Shown here in pieces: positions 40,373 to 50,633 of a stretch of 64,000 bases of DNA (positions are counted from its first letter, which is position 1; each line of letters begins with the position of its first letter). The translations under genes were made by a program, and so were the position numbers. The DNA lies in assembly GCF_013149785.1 (NCBI RefSeq), contig NZ_JABEZU010000001.1, positions 1,364,001 to 1,428,000 on the forward strand. The letters are read 5' to 3'. This stretch comes from Isoptericola halotolerans (GTDB lineage: Bacteria > Actinomycetota > Actinomycetes > Actinomycetales > Cellulomonadaceae). A model generated the notes under the pieces. That model saw nothing but the letters and a program-made list of their open reading frames with translations, was not told the origin of the DNA and searched no databases.

Positions 40373-42085
40373 ATGAACAGGTCGATGACGCCCCGCAGCC
40401 CCCGTCCCTTCACCGTCACGGTCGCCGCCGTGGCCTCCGGCGCCCTGCTCGCCGCCGGTCTCCCCGCCACGGCCGGTGCAGCTGAACGTGCGGCACCCGT
40501 CGCGCCAGCGCAGTCGTCGGCGAACGGCGCGGCCCAGGTCGACGCGCCGGTGCCGGACATCGACTGGCAGCCCTGCGACGACGCCGGGGGTTTCGACTGC
40601 GCCGAGATCCAGGTCCCGAGCGACTACGACCGTCCCCACGGCCGGACCACCACGATCGCGCTCACCCGCCTGCCGGCGACCGACACCGAGAACCGGATCG
40701 GCAGCGCGCTGGTCAACTTCGGCGGACCGGGCGGACCGGGCGTCGAGACCCTGCACCTGGTCGGCGAGACGATGGTCGACCCCGAGGTCCGGGCCAGGTT
40801 CGACCTGGTGAGCTTCGACCCGCGCGGTGTCGGCCAGTCCGACCCGGTGACCTGCTTCCGCGACGCGGAGCGCGAGGAGCAGTTCCTCGCCGGGCTGCCC
40901 GAGATGCCGATCACGCGCTCCGACCAGCGCCGCATCGTCGCCGGGTTCGCGCGGATCGCCACCGGCTGCCAGGTCGTGTCCGGGCAGCGCCTGGCGACCG
41001 CGTCCACGGCGAACGTGGCGCGGGACATGGATGTGCTGCGACAGGCGCTGGGCGACGAGCAGCTCACCTACATCGGCTACTCCTACGGCACGATCCTGGG
41101 CGCCACCTACTCGGCGCTGTTCCCCGAGAGGGTGCGTGCCCTGGTGCTCGACGGCACGATCGACCCGGTCGCCTGGTCCGGCAAGGGCTCGCCGGACCCG
41201 ATCGCCACCCGCCTCGGGCAGCCGGAGGCCACCGTCGAGACGTTCGCCGAGTTCAACCGCCTGTGCGCCGAGGCCGGTCCCGCCTCCTGCTCGCTGGCCG
41301 CCCTGGGCGACCCGGCCGACGTCACCGAGGAGGTCCTCACCACGCTGCGCGAGGGGCCCGTCGAGGTGCCGGACGGCGACGGCGGCACCGTGGCGGTCAC
41401 GTACGGACAGATGGTCTCGGCCTCGTACACCGCGATGTACGGCACGGCCCAGTGGCCGGACCTGGCGCTCGCGTTCACCCAGGTCGCGGTCGCCGCGGGC
41501 ATCGGCGAGCAGCCACCGTCGGCGCGGGCGCAGGGTCGGTCGCTGGACGACCTGCTGCGCGAGCTCGGCGTCGTCGAGGACTACCCGTCGCTCGGGAGCT
41601 CGCTCGCCGCGCAGTGCATGGACACCGCCGAACCGTTGCCCCTGTGGCGGTACCCGGCCTATGTGGACGACCTGGACGAGGAGTACCCGCACTTCGGGCT
41701 CCTGCGCGGGTGGACCGGCGCGGCGTGCGCGGCCACGGTCCTGCGCGACGAGGACGCCTACACCGGGCCGTGGGGCCAGACGACGCAGGCGCCGGTCATG
41801 GTGATCGGCACCCGCCACGACCCCGCCACGCCGTACCGCTTCACCGCGCCGTACGCCGATCACTACGACGACGCGCGGGTCATGACGGTCGAGGGCTGGG
41901 GGCACACCACCCTGGGTGCGAGCACGTGCGCGGACGCCGCGATCGCGCGGTACCTCGTGGACGGCGAGGCCGACGACGGAGCCACCTGCACCCAGGACAT
42001 CACCCCCTTCGCGGCGGCGGCGCAGCGTTCCGACCGCGAGGACCTGCGCACGCTGGTCGGTCGGTCCGCCTGGTGGGGCGCCTGA
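40373..42085 (+). CDS. secreted alpha/beta hydrolase, tripeptidyl aminopeptidase (TAP)-like
   Basis: NFGGPGG, FDPRGVG, GYSYG, DPATP, GH; signal peptide. Confidence 0.9.
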   Translation: MNRSMTPRSPRPFTVTVAAVASGALLAAGLPATAGAAERAAPVAPAQSSANGAAQVDAPVPDIDWQPCDDAGGFDCAEIQVPSDYDRPHGRTTTIALTRLPATDTENRIGSALVNFGGPGGPGVETLHLVGETMVDPEVRARFDLVSFDPRGVGQSDPVTCFRDAEREEQFLAGLPEMPITRSDQRRIVAGFARIATGCQVVSGQRLATASTANVARDMDVLRQALGDEQLTYIGYSYGTILGATYSALFPERVRALVLDGTIDPVAWSGKGSPDPIATRLGQPEATVETFAEFNRLCAEAGPASCSLAALGDPADVTEEVLTTLREGPVEVPDGDGGTVAVTYGQMVSASYTAMYGTAQWPDLALAFTQVAVAAGIGEQPPSARAQGRSLDDLLRELGVVEDYPSLGSSLAAQCMDTAEPLPLWRYPAYVDDLDEEYPHFGLLRGWTGAACAATVLRDEDAYTGPWGQTTQAPVMVIGTRHDPATPYRFTAPYADHYDDARVMTVEGWGHTTLGASTCADAAIARYLVDGEADDGATCTQDITPFAAAAQRSDREDLRTLVGRSAWWGA

Positions 42086-42159
42086 CCGGGGCGGCCGGAC
42101 CCTCGGCCCACCGCGGCGCACGTCACTGACAGCGGCGCCGACCCGCGTTAACCTGGACG

Positions 42160-42273
42160 GTGGGTCGGCTACCCGGCCCGGACAGGTTTGTGTATCTACC
42201 AGGTGCTCCTCGCGCCCACGGCGGCACGACGATCGTGCGGCGGTGCCGCGCTGGAGGAGACCGACGAGCATGA
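42160..42273 (+). CDS. putative leaderless uORF (37 aa) overlapping the MFS start (ATGA)
   Basis: GTG 5 nt after TAACCT; open frame to TGA at 42271-42273; cluster of A/T-rich rare codons. Confidence 0.45.
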   Translation: MGRLPGPDRFVYLPGAPRAHGGTTIVRRCRAGGDRRA

Positions 42274-43589
42274 CCCTGACGAACGACCGTCCCCGAGCAA
42301 GAGGCATCGAGCCGCGCACCACCGTCCCGCAGGCGGTGGGCCCCACCTACTTCCCGCTGGCGTTCGTCGCGCGGCTGCCCTTCGCGATGATGGTCGTCGG
42401 TGTGCTCACCCTCGTCGTCGCCGCGACCGACTCCCTGACCCTCGGTGGTGCGACGTCCGGCATGGTGGGCCTGGGAGCCGCGGTGTGCGGGCCGCTGATC
42501 GGCGCGTGGGCCGACCGGTCCGGTCAGCGCCGCGCGCTGCTGGCCACCGCCGTGGTGCACAGCATCCTGCTCCTCGTCCTGACGCTGGCGGTGTTCCTCG
42601 CCGTGCCCGCCGCCGTGGTGCTCGCCGTCGGGTTCAGCATCGGTGCCAGTGCCCCGCAGGTCCCGCCGATGTCGCGCAGCAGGCTCACCGGCGTCATCCG
42701 TACCCGCCTCCCGGCCGCGCGGCGACCCGTGGCGCTGAGCCGGACCATGTCGTACGAGGCCACGGTCGACGAGGTCGTCTTCGTCTTCGGCCCCTTCGTG
42801 GTGGGGGCGCTCGCCACCCTGTTCGGACCCGCGGCGCCGATCCTCGCCGCGTCCGCGCTGACGGCGCTCGCCGTCGGCGCGTTCGCCCTCCACTCCTCGG
42901 GACGGGTGGCGCCGCCCCCCGGGCCGTCGGCAAGGACGGCGGGCACGACGGCGGCGGGCGCCGCCGGTCCGCCGCCCGTGCAGGCTCCGGTCCGCGAGCT
43001 GTTCAGCGGGCGTGTGCTGGTCCTGGTGGCCGGCTTCCTCGGGATCGGGCTGTTCTTCGGCTCGGTGCTCACCGCGCTGTCCGCGTACACCGGGGACGCC
43101 GGGCACTCGGAGCGGGCCGGTCTGCTCTACGGGTTCATGGGCATCGGGTCGGCGTTGACGGCGCTCGCGGTGGTGGTGTTCCCTGCGCGGTTCAGCCTGC
43201 GGGCGAGGTGGCTGGTCTTCGCCGTCGTGCAGCTCGCCGGGGCCGTCGTCGTGGCGACGGCGTCGTCCACGGGGATGCTGCTCGCCGGGTTGCTGATCGC
43301 CGGGCTCGGCATCGGCCCGAGCCTGGTGACGATCTACTCCCTGGGTTCCGAGCGCAGCCCGGTCGGGCGCACCGCGACCGTCATGACGATGCTCGGCTCG
43401 GCGATCATCCTCGGGCAGTCGGCGGCGTCGGCCGCGACCGGGTTGCTCGCGGACACGTTCGGCACGTCGGCGGCGATGGCGGTGCCGGTCGTGGCGGCCG
43501 GGGTCGTCGCCGGTGCCGCGGCGGCGAACTGGCGCCTCGGGCGAGCGCCCGCCGCCGTGGAGGCTCAGGCTTCAGCCACCGATGCGTGA
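42270..43589 (+). CDS. MFS transporter
   Basis: About 12 TM segments; GAWADRSGQR motif A; SD GGAGGAG. Confidence 0.92.
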   Translation: MTLTNDRPRARGIEPRTTVPQAVGPTYFPLAFVARLPFAMMVVGVLTLVVAATDSLTLGGATSGMVGLGAAVCGPLIGAWADRSGQRRALLATAVVHSILLLVLTLAVFLAVPAAVVLAVGFSIGASAPQVPPMSRSRLTGVIRTRLPAARRPVALSRTMSYEATVDEVVFVFGPFVVGALATLFGPAAPILAASALTALAVGAFALHSSGRVAPPPGPSARTAGTTAAGAAGPPPVQAPVRELFSGRVLVLVAGFLGIGLFFGSVLTALSAYTGDAGHSERAGLLYGFMGIGSALTALAVVVFPARFSLRARWLVFAVVQLAGAVVVATASSTGMLLAGLLIAGLGIGPSLVTIYSLGSERSPVGRTATVMTMLGSAIILGQSAASAATGLLADTFGTSAAMAVPVVAAGVVAGAAAANWRLGRAPAAVEAQASATDA

Positions 43590-43612
43590 GCCTGCACGTC
43601 ATCGAGTCGTGC

Positions 43613-44551
43613 TCACGCCGCCCGACGGCGGTGCTCGGCAGGGCTGACCCCGCGCACCCGCTTGAACGCGGCGCTCAGCGCGAACGGGGAGGCGTACCCG
43701 ACGGCTCGCGCCACGGAGGACAGCGTCGCGGCCTCGTCGGCGAGCAGCATGTCGGCGGCGAGGTCGAGGCGCCACCCGGTGAGGTAGGCCATCGGCGGCT
43801 CGCCGACCAGCCCGGTGAACCGACGGGCGAACGCGGCGCGCGACAGGCCCACCTCGCGAGCCAGGCCGTCCACGGTCCAGGGCCGGGCGGGGTCGTGGTG
43901 GATGAGCCGCAGCGCGGTGCCGACGGCGGGGTCGGCGTCGGCGCGGTACCACCCCGGCCCCTGCGGGTGGTCGAGCCACGCACGCAGGCAGGTGATGAGG
44001 AGCAGGTCGAGCAGCCGGTCGAGCACCGACTCCTGGCCGGGCAGGTCCTGGACCACCTCGCGGGCGAGCAGGTCGACCAGGGTGGGGTCGACGTCACCGC
44101 GGCGCAGCACCACCCGGTGCGGCAGCACCCGCAGGAGGCGCCGGCCGACGGCGCCGTCGAGCGGGTACGTGCCGGTGATGATCACCGTCTCGCCGTCGAG
44201 GTCGTTGCCCCAGGACCGCACGCCGAACACCGTCATCGGTGACGGCCCGCCGTCGATCGCGCGGCACTGGTCGCTCGGGCCGACGACGACGGTCGGCGCG
44301 GTCTGCGGAGAGTCGGCCACGACGTAGTGCTCGGGTCCGCGCAGCAGGACGACGTCGCCCGCCTCGACCGTGGTACCGCCGTCGTCACCGGTGCCGTCCG
44401 GACCCACCCAGGCCGCACCGCGCAGCACGGGCACGATCGTCAACGGGGCCTCGTCCTCGATCCGCATGCCCCACGGTGCCCGCAGGTGGGAGCGCAGCAG
44501 GAACGCGTCCCGGGCGCGGGGACCGTCGAGCAGGCCGGAGACGACGTCCAT
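43613..44551 (-). CDS. AraC-family regulator with N-terminal cupin
   Basis: WTVDGLA...SRAAFARRF, VGYASPFALSAAFKR. Confidence 0.93.
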   Translation of the reverse strand: MDVVSGLLDGPRARDAFLLRSHLRAPWGMRIEDEAPLTIVPVLRGAAWVGPDGTGDDGGTTVEAGDVVLLRGPEHYVVADSPQTAPTVVVGPSDQCRAIDGGPSPMTVFGVRSWGNDLDGETVIITGTYPLDGAVGRRLLRVLPHRVVLRRGDVDPTLVDLLAREVVQDLPGQESVLDRLLDLLLITCLRAWLDHPQGPGWYRADADPAVGTALRLIHHDPARPWTVDGLAREVGLSRAAFARRFTGLVGEPPMAYLTGWRLDLAADMLLADEAATLSSVARAVGYASPFALSAAFKRVRGVSPAEHRRRAA

Positions 44552-44684
44552 GCGGCCACCCTAGACCGCTCACGACGGCACGGCGAGACGATCGCATATG
44601 CAGCGGAGCGCCTCGGCGATGGATCGTCTCGGGCGACGCCGCTTGACTCGGAGGTGACAGCTCACCACGCCCCTGGAGGTCACC

Positions 44685-45569
44685 ATGTCCCAGCAGCACA
44701 CGCTCGACACCTCGTTCCTCGCACGGACCGGCGACGTCGCCGCTCGCGGCACCGTCGTCGTCCTCGGCGCGACCGGCAAGACCGGCCGGCGCGTCGCCGA
44801 CCGGCTCGACGCGCTCGGGGTGCCCGTGCGCCGCGCCTCGCGAGGATCCACCCCGCGCTTCGACTGGGCGGACGAGTCCACCTGGCCGGCGGTGCTCGAC
44901 GGCGCCGCGGCCGTCTACGTCGCCTACGTTCCCGACCTCGCGGTCGCCGGTGCGCCGGAGACGGTCACCCGGCTCGCCGAGCACGCGCGTGACGCCGGCG
45001 TGCAGCGGCTCGTGCTGCTGTCCGGGCGGGGCGAGACCGAGGCCCAGCGCGCCGAGGACCTCGTCGCCGAGGTCTTCCCGGCCCGCACGGTCGTGCGCTG
45101 TGCGTTCTTCGCGCAGAACTTCGACGAGAGCTTCCTGCTGGAACCGCTGCTCGCCGGCGAGCTCGCCCTGCCCGTGGACGAGGTGCGCGAACCGTTCGTG
45201 GACCTGGAGGACGTCGCCGAGGTGGCGGTCGCCGCCCTGACCGACGACGCGCACGCCGGCCGGGTCTACGAGCTGACCGGCCCGCGCCCGCTCACGTTCG
45301 CCGAGGCGGTGTCCGAGATCGGCGCGGCCGCCGGCCGGGACCTGCGGTACGTGCCGATCTCCATGGACGACTTCACCACGGGTCTCGCGGCCCTGGGTGT
45401 TCCGGCCGACGAGGTCGACCTGCTGCGCTACCTGTTCACCGAGGTGCTCGACGGCCGCGGCGCGTGGGTCGCCGACGGCGTCCAGCGGGCGCTGGGCCGC
45501 CCCGCGCGCGACTTCCGCGAGTACGCCGCGCGGGAGGCGTCCGACTGGGTGCCGGGAGCGGGCGCGTGA
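44685..45569 (+). CDS. NmrA-like NAD(P)H-binding protein
   Basis: GATGKTG, LSGRGE, FAQNF, YELTGP. Confidence 0.88.
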   Translation: MSQQHTLDTSFLARTGDVAARGTVVVLGATGKTGRRVADRLDALGVPVRRASRGSTPRFDWADESTWPAVLDGAAAVYVAYVPDLAVAGAPETVTRLAEHARDAGVQRLVLLSGRGETEAQRAEDLVAEVFPARTVVRCAFFAQNFDESFLLEPLLAGELALPVDEVREPFVDLEDVAEVAVAALTDDAHAGRVYELTGPRPLTFAEAVSEIGAAAGRDLRYVPISMDDFTTGLAALGVPADEVDLLRYLFTEVLDGRGAWVADGVQRALGRPARDFREYAAREASDWVPGAGA

Positions 45570-46021
45570 CCGTGTACGGGGTGCTCGTCGGCGCGGCCGC
45601 CGTCGCCACGGGCATGGCCGGGGGAGTGCTCTACGCGTTCTCGGCCTTCGTCATGGCGGGCTTGCGGCGGCTGCCGCCCGACGACGGCGCCGCGGCCATG
45701 CGGGCGATCAACCGCGACGCCGTCCGGCCCCCGCTGATGGTGCTGCTGCTCGCGGCGGTCGCGCTGCCCGTGGCGGGCGCCGTCGCCGGCCTGGTGAGCT
45801 CCGAGCCGGGTGCTCCCTGGGCGGTCGCCGGGGCGGTGACGACGGTGGTCGGCGTCGTCGGCGTGACCGGTCTGGGCAACGTCCCGCTCAACGACCGGCT
45901 GGATGCCGCCGCGGAGCCGGGCGCCGAGTGGCAGCGCTTCGTGCGGCCGTGGCTCCGGTGGAACCACGTGCGCACGGTGGCCGGCGCCCTGGCCGCAGGG
46001 ATGTGCGTCCTGGCCCTGTGA
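45566..46021 (+). CDS. DUF1772/anthrone oxygenase family membrane protein
   Basis: FSAFVMAGL, MRAIN, NVPLN, WNHVRT; GTGA overlap. Confidence 0.88.
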   Translation: MTVYGVLVGAAAVATGMAGGVLYAFSAFVMAGLRRLPPDDGAAAMRAINRDAVRPPLMVLLLAAVALPVAGAVAGLVSSEPGAPWAVAGAVTTVVGVVGVTGLGNVPLNDRLDAAAEPGAEWQRFVRPWLRWNHVRTVAGALAAGMCVLAL

Positions 46022-46036
46022 CGACGCGGTGGCCGG

Positions 46037-46885
46037 TCAGCCGAGCTCGGCGGACAGCACGATCTCCTCGCCGACGTCGAGACGGACGTCCGTGAGCCGC
46101 ACGCCGGGCGGCAGGGCCTCGGCGAGGTCGATCCGCTGCCCGGCCACCGCCTCCACCCGCCCCTTGGAGGCCGCGAGGAGCGCCCCGACGATCGGGTTGC
46201 CGCTGGAGAGCTGGACGTCACCGACGGTGACCACCATGGCGCTGTCCACCGCTGCGGACGCGGTCGCGGTGATCTTGGCCGAGAGGAACATGCCCTTCTT
46301 GATCGACGCCTCGACCGCGATCGCGGCGTCCCGGGGGCCGGTCTGGTCGATCTGCAGGTCGAAGCCCGTCAGCTGGATGCCGTTGCCGGACAGCGCCACG
46401 GCGAGCAGGCCCTGCACCGTGCCGGCCAGGCCGGCCCGGGAGACCGCCACCCGGGCGCTGCCGGTCACCGGCGAGTCCTCCGACGGCTCGACGAGCTCGG
46501 CCCCGACGGACCCGTCTGCCGCCGACACCCAGGCGAATCGCGCGCCCTGCAGCTCGGCGGACAGGTCCACCGGCAGGTCGACGACGGACAGGGGGTGGGC
46601 GCCCAGCCGGAGCGTGCGCAGCACGGCGTCGTCACGCGAGACCACGTCCGGGGTCCACGCCGGGTCCACCGGCGCCTCGCCCTGGCTCGGTACGACGGCC
46701 ACCCCGGTGAGGTCGATGTCGAGGGTGTGCACGTCGGCGCCGTCGAGGTTCGCCTCGATCCGGGCGTCGTCGAGCCCGTGCACCTGGCCGCGCACCGCCT
46801 CGCGCACGGTGGCGCGCAGTCGCGCGGCCAGGTCGTCACCCGTCGTGGGGCGCGGGGCTGTACCGAGGGGAAGCAGGGAGTCCAT
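46037..46885 (-). CDS. hypothetical protein (beta-rich)
   Basis: Coding-like composition; TAGGCT -10 shortly before ATG; no motif recognised. Confidence 0.7.
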   Translation of the reverse strand: MDSLLPLGTAPRPTTGDDLAARLRATVREAVRGQVHGLDDARIEANLDGADVHTLDIDLTGVAVVPSQGEAPVDPAWTPDVVSRDDAVLRTLRLGAHPLSVVDLPVDLSAELQGARFAWVSAADGSVGAELVEPSEDSPVTGSARVAVSRAGLAGTVQGLLAVALSGNGIQLTGFDLQIDQTGPRDAAIAVEASIKKGMFLSAKITATASAAVDSAMVVTVGDVQLSSGNPIVGALLAASKGRVEAVAGQRIDLAEALPPGVRLTDVRLDVGEEIVLSAELG

Positions 46886-46937
46886 GGTGCCCGAGCCTAA
46901 CGGGCGCCGAGGCCGGTCCGCGGCACGCCCCGAGGGC

Positions 46938-47999
46938 TCAGGGAGCCAGCGGGCTGTGCCCGGCTGTCACCTGCTCGCCGTCCGGCACGGGACCGGGCGG
47001 GGTGCCGCCGCCCCACGGGTCGTCGCTCAGCTCCTCGCGCCCGTGCGGATCGAGCCAGCCGCGCAGGTCGGGGCCGGCGGGCACGATCCGGGTGGGGTTG
47101 ATGTCGGTGTGCACCACGTAGTAGTGATCCTTGATCTGCGCGAAGTCCACAGTGTCGCCGAAGCCGGGCAGCTGGAACAGGTCGCGGGCGTAGGCCCACA
47201 GGACCGGCATCTCGGTGAGCTTGTTGCGGTTGCACTTGAAGTGCCCGTGGTAGACGGCGTCGAACCGCACCAGCGTCGTGAACAGCCGGATGTCGGCCTC
47301 GGTGATCGCGCGGCCCATCAGGAACCGGCGGGTCGCGAGCCGCTCCTCCAACCAGTCGAGGGCGGTGAACAGCCGCACGTACGCCTCGTCGTAGGCCTCC
47401 TGGGAACCGGCGAACCCGCACCGGTACACCCCGTTGTTGACCTCGGTGTAGACCCGGCGCATCACGGAGTCCATCTCGGCGCGGTCCTCGGGCACGGCCG
47501 GGAGCAACCGTGGGGCGCCCTGGCGGTGGTGCTCGGCCCACTCGGTCGACAGGTCGAGCGTGATCTGCGCGTAGTCGTTCGTCACGACCGCCCCGTCCCG
47601 CGTGTCGACCATCGCGGGGACGGTGATGCCGCGCGGGTACTCCGGGTCACGGGCGAAGAACGCCTGCTGCAGCCGCTCGATCCCCAGCACGGGGTCCTTG
47701 CCGTCCGGGTCGAGGTCGAACGTCCAGCTCCGCTCGTCGTGCGTGGGCCCTGGCATGCCGATGCTGATCACGTCCTCCAGGCCGAGGAGCCGGCGCACGA
47801 TGATCGAGCGGTTCGCCCAGGGGCACGCCCGTGCGGCGACCAGCCGGTACCGGCCGGGCTCGACGGGGTAGCCGTCCTCACCGTCGCGGGTGATGCGGGT
47901 GGAGATGTAGTTCGCGTCGCGGACGAACTCCTTGCCCTCGACGGTGTACTTGCCACCCTGGGAGTGCTCCGGGAGTTCCGTGGTCGTGCCGTCGTTCAC
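46938..47999 (-). CDS. glutathionyl-hydroquinone reductase-like protein (YqjG/Xi-class GST)
   Basis: ACPWA, ITVP, NNGVYRCGF, RFDAVYHGHFKCN. Confidence 0.92.
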   Translation of the reverse strand: MNDGTTTELPEHSQGGKYTVEGKEFVRDANYISTRITRDGEDGYPVEPGRYRLVAARACPWANRSIIVRRLLGLEDVISIGMPGPTHDERSWTFDLDPDGKDPVLGIERLQQAFFARDPEYPRGITVPAMVDTRDGAVVTNDYAQITLDLSTEWAEHHRQGAPRLLPAVPEDRAEMDSVMRRVYTEVNNGVYRCGFAGSQEAYDEAYVRLFTALDWLEERLATRRFLMGRAITEADIRLFTTLVRFDAVYHGHFKCNRNKLTEMPVLWAYARDLFQLPGFGDTVDFAQIKDHYYVVHTDINPTRIVPAGPDLRGWLDPHGREELSDDPWGGGTPPGPVPDGEQVTAGHSPLAP

Positions 48000-48589
48000 T
48001 TCGTCTCCTTCGCGGCGGCCTTGGCCGCCTTCTTGAACGCGCGGACCTCCTGCAGCGTCTCGGCGCTGGTGACGTCCGCGATGGATCGGCGGGAGCCCTC
48101 TTCCCCGAACTCGCCGGCAGCCTCCCGCCAGCCGGTCGGCTCCACGCCTCGCTGCTTGCCGAGCAGCGCGAGGAAGATCTTCGCCTTGCGCTCGCCGTAG
48201 CCGGGCAGCGCGTTGAGGCGGCGCAGCACCTCGGCGCCGGTGGGCGGCTCGCCGGACGCTCCCGGGTCGGTCCAGATGCGCGAGGCGTCGCCGTCGTAGT
48301 CGTCGACGACGGCGCGGGCGACCGCCTGCACCCGCCCGGCCATGGACCGGCCGTAGCGATGGATCGCCGGGGGAGTCGTCGCCATCGTCACGAACGCGTC
48401 CGGGTCGGCGTCGGCGATCGCGGCCGGGTCCATCGTGCCGAACCGGTCGAGGATCTTGCGAGGCCCGGCGAACGCGTGCTCCATCGGGTACTGCTGGTCG
48501 AGCAGCATGCCGACCAGCAGCGCGAACGGGTCCTCGCTCAGCAGTCGGTCCGTGTCGGCGTCGCCGGTGATCCAGAGGTCGGTAGCCAT
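47996..48589 (-). CDS. HhH-GPD-type base excision repair-like protein
   Basis: LLVGMLLDQQ, PAIHRY, LPGYGERKA HhH, SIAD. Confidence 0.88.
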   Translation of the reverse strand: MATDLWITGDADTDRLLSEDPFALLVGMLLDQQYPMEHAFAGPRKILDRFGTMDPAAIADADPDAFVTMATTPPAIHRYGRSMAGRVQAVARAVVDDYDGDASRIWTDPGASGEPPTGAEVLRRLNALPGYGERKAKIFLALLGKQRGVEPTGWREAAGEFGEEGSRRSIADVTSAETLQEVRAFKKAAKAAAKETK

Positions 48590-48637
48590 GCACCCATCCT
48601 GCCGGACATCGCCGGTGCCCGCGGCTAGCCTCGGCAC

Positions 48638-49024
48638 ATGGCTCGACCCCCTCATGTCCTGGCCGGCAGCCTCGCCGCGACGCTCACCGCCACCGGCATC
48701 CTGCACCTCTGGCGTCCCCGCCCGTTCGAGGCGCTGATCCCTCCGGCTCTCGGCTCACCGCGTGCCTGGGTGTACGGCAGCGGTGTCGCCGAGCTGGCGT
48801 GCGCGGCGGCGGTCGCGGTGCCGGCCACCCGCCGGGTCGGTGGCCTGGCCACCGCCGCACTGTTCGTCGGGGTGTTCCCCGGCAACGTGAAGATGGCTCT
48901 CGACTCGCGGCCCGGGGTGCGCTCGTGGGCGCGTCGGCCCCTGGTCGCCTGGGGCCGGCTGCCGCTGCAGGTCCCGCTGGTGGCCTGGGCCTGGCGGGTG
49001 GCCCGCGACGCGTCGGTGCGCTGA
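48638..49024 (+). CDS. DoxX-family membrane protein
   Basis: G.LH, SGVAEL, VFPGN, RLPLQ. Confidence 0.85.
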   Translation: MARPPHVLAGSLAATLTATGILHLWRPRPFEALIPPALGSPRAWVYGSGVAELACAAAVAVPATRRVGGLATAALFVGVFPGNVKMALDSRPGVRSWARRPLVAWGRLPLQVPLVAWAWRVARDASVR

Positions 49025-49093
49025 CCAGCCGTCGTCCACAGCCTGTGGACGACGACGGCACGAAGTCCCCGCGCCGCCGTAGCGTCACGCGGC

Positions 49094-49711
49094 ATGAGAG
49101 CACACCACGTCTCGCCCGCCGGCGCGCGCATCGCCCGTACCGCGACCGCCGTCGCCCTGGCCGCGACCATCGGGCTGCTGACGAGTGCCTGCCTGCACGA
49201 CGGGTCCGCACAGTCGGGCCACGGCGCCCCGGTCGCGGACGAGCCGTCCGACCCGGCTCAGGAACCGTCGGTGCCCCTGGAGGCGGCACCGACCACGGAG
49301 GCGGCCGTGGCCGCCCTGGAGCACCACCTCGCGCTGGAGCAGGAGGTGTACCGCACGGGCGACGCGACCGAGCTCGACCAGATGGCTGCCGAGACCTGCG
49401 AGACCTGCCGGGTGCGCTGCCAGCTGGCCCTCGACGCGCACGCCGCGGGGTTCGAGGTCGTGGCAGGGCGCGCTCGGGTCGAGCTGGTTCGCCGGGTGCC
49501 CGCAGAGGAGGTCGTCCCCGCCGAGCAGCTCGACCCCGAGCTCGACAGGGACATCTACCTGCTGCACACGCGCGTGCACAACACCGAGACGACCCTGCGG
49601 ACGCCCCACGGCACCGACAGTCACCCCGCCGCCGAGCACGGGCTGGTCGCGACGCTCGTCGCCGGTGCGGAGGGGAGCTGGCACGTCGGGGACCTCACCG
49701 AGACGCTGTGA
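49094..49711 (+). CDS. putative lipoprotein with CxxC (DUF6318-like)
   Basis: Lipobox LTSAC; TGDATEL...CETC. Confidence 0.65.
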   Translation: MRAHHVSPAGARIARTATAVALAATIGLLTSACLHDGSAQSGHGAPVADEPSDPAQEPSVPLEAAPTTEAAVAALEHHLALEQEVYRTGDATELDQMAAETCETCRVRCQLALDAHAAGFEVVAGRARVELVRRVPAEEVVPAEQLDPELDRDIYLLHTRVHNTETTLRTPHGTDSHPAAEHGLVATLVAGAEGSWHVGDLTETL

Positions 49712-49715
49712 GGCC

Positions 49716-50629
<914 letters not shown>

Positions 50630-50633
<4 letters not shown>

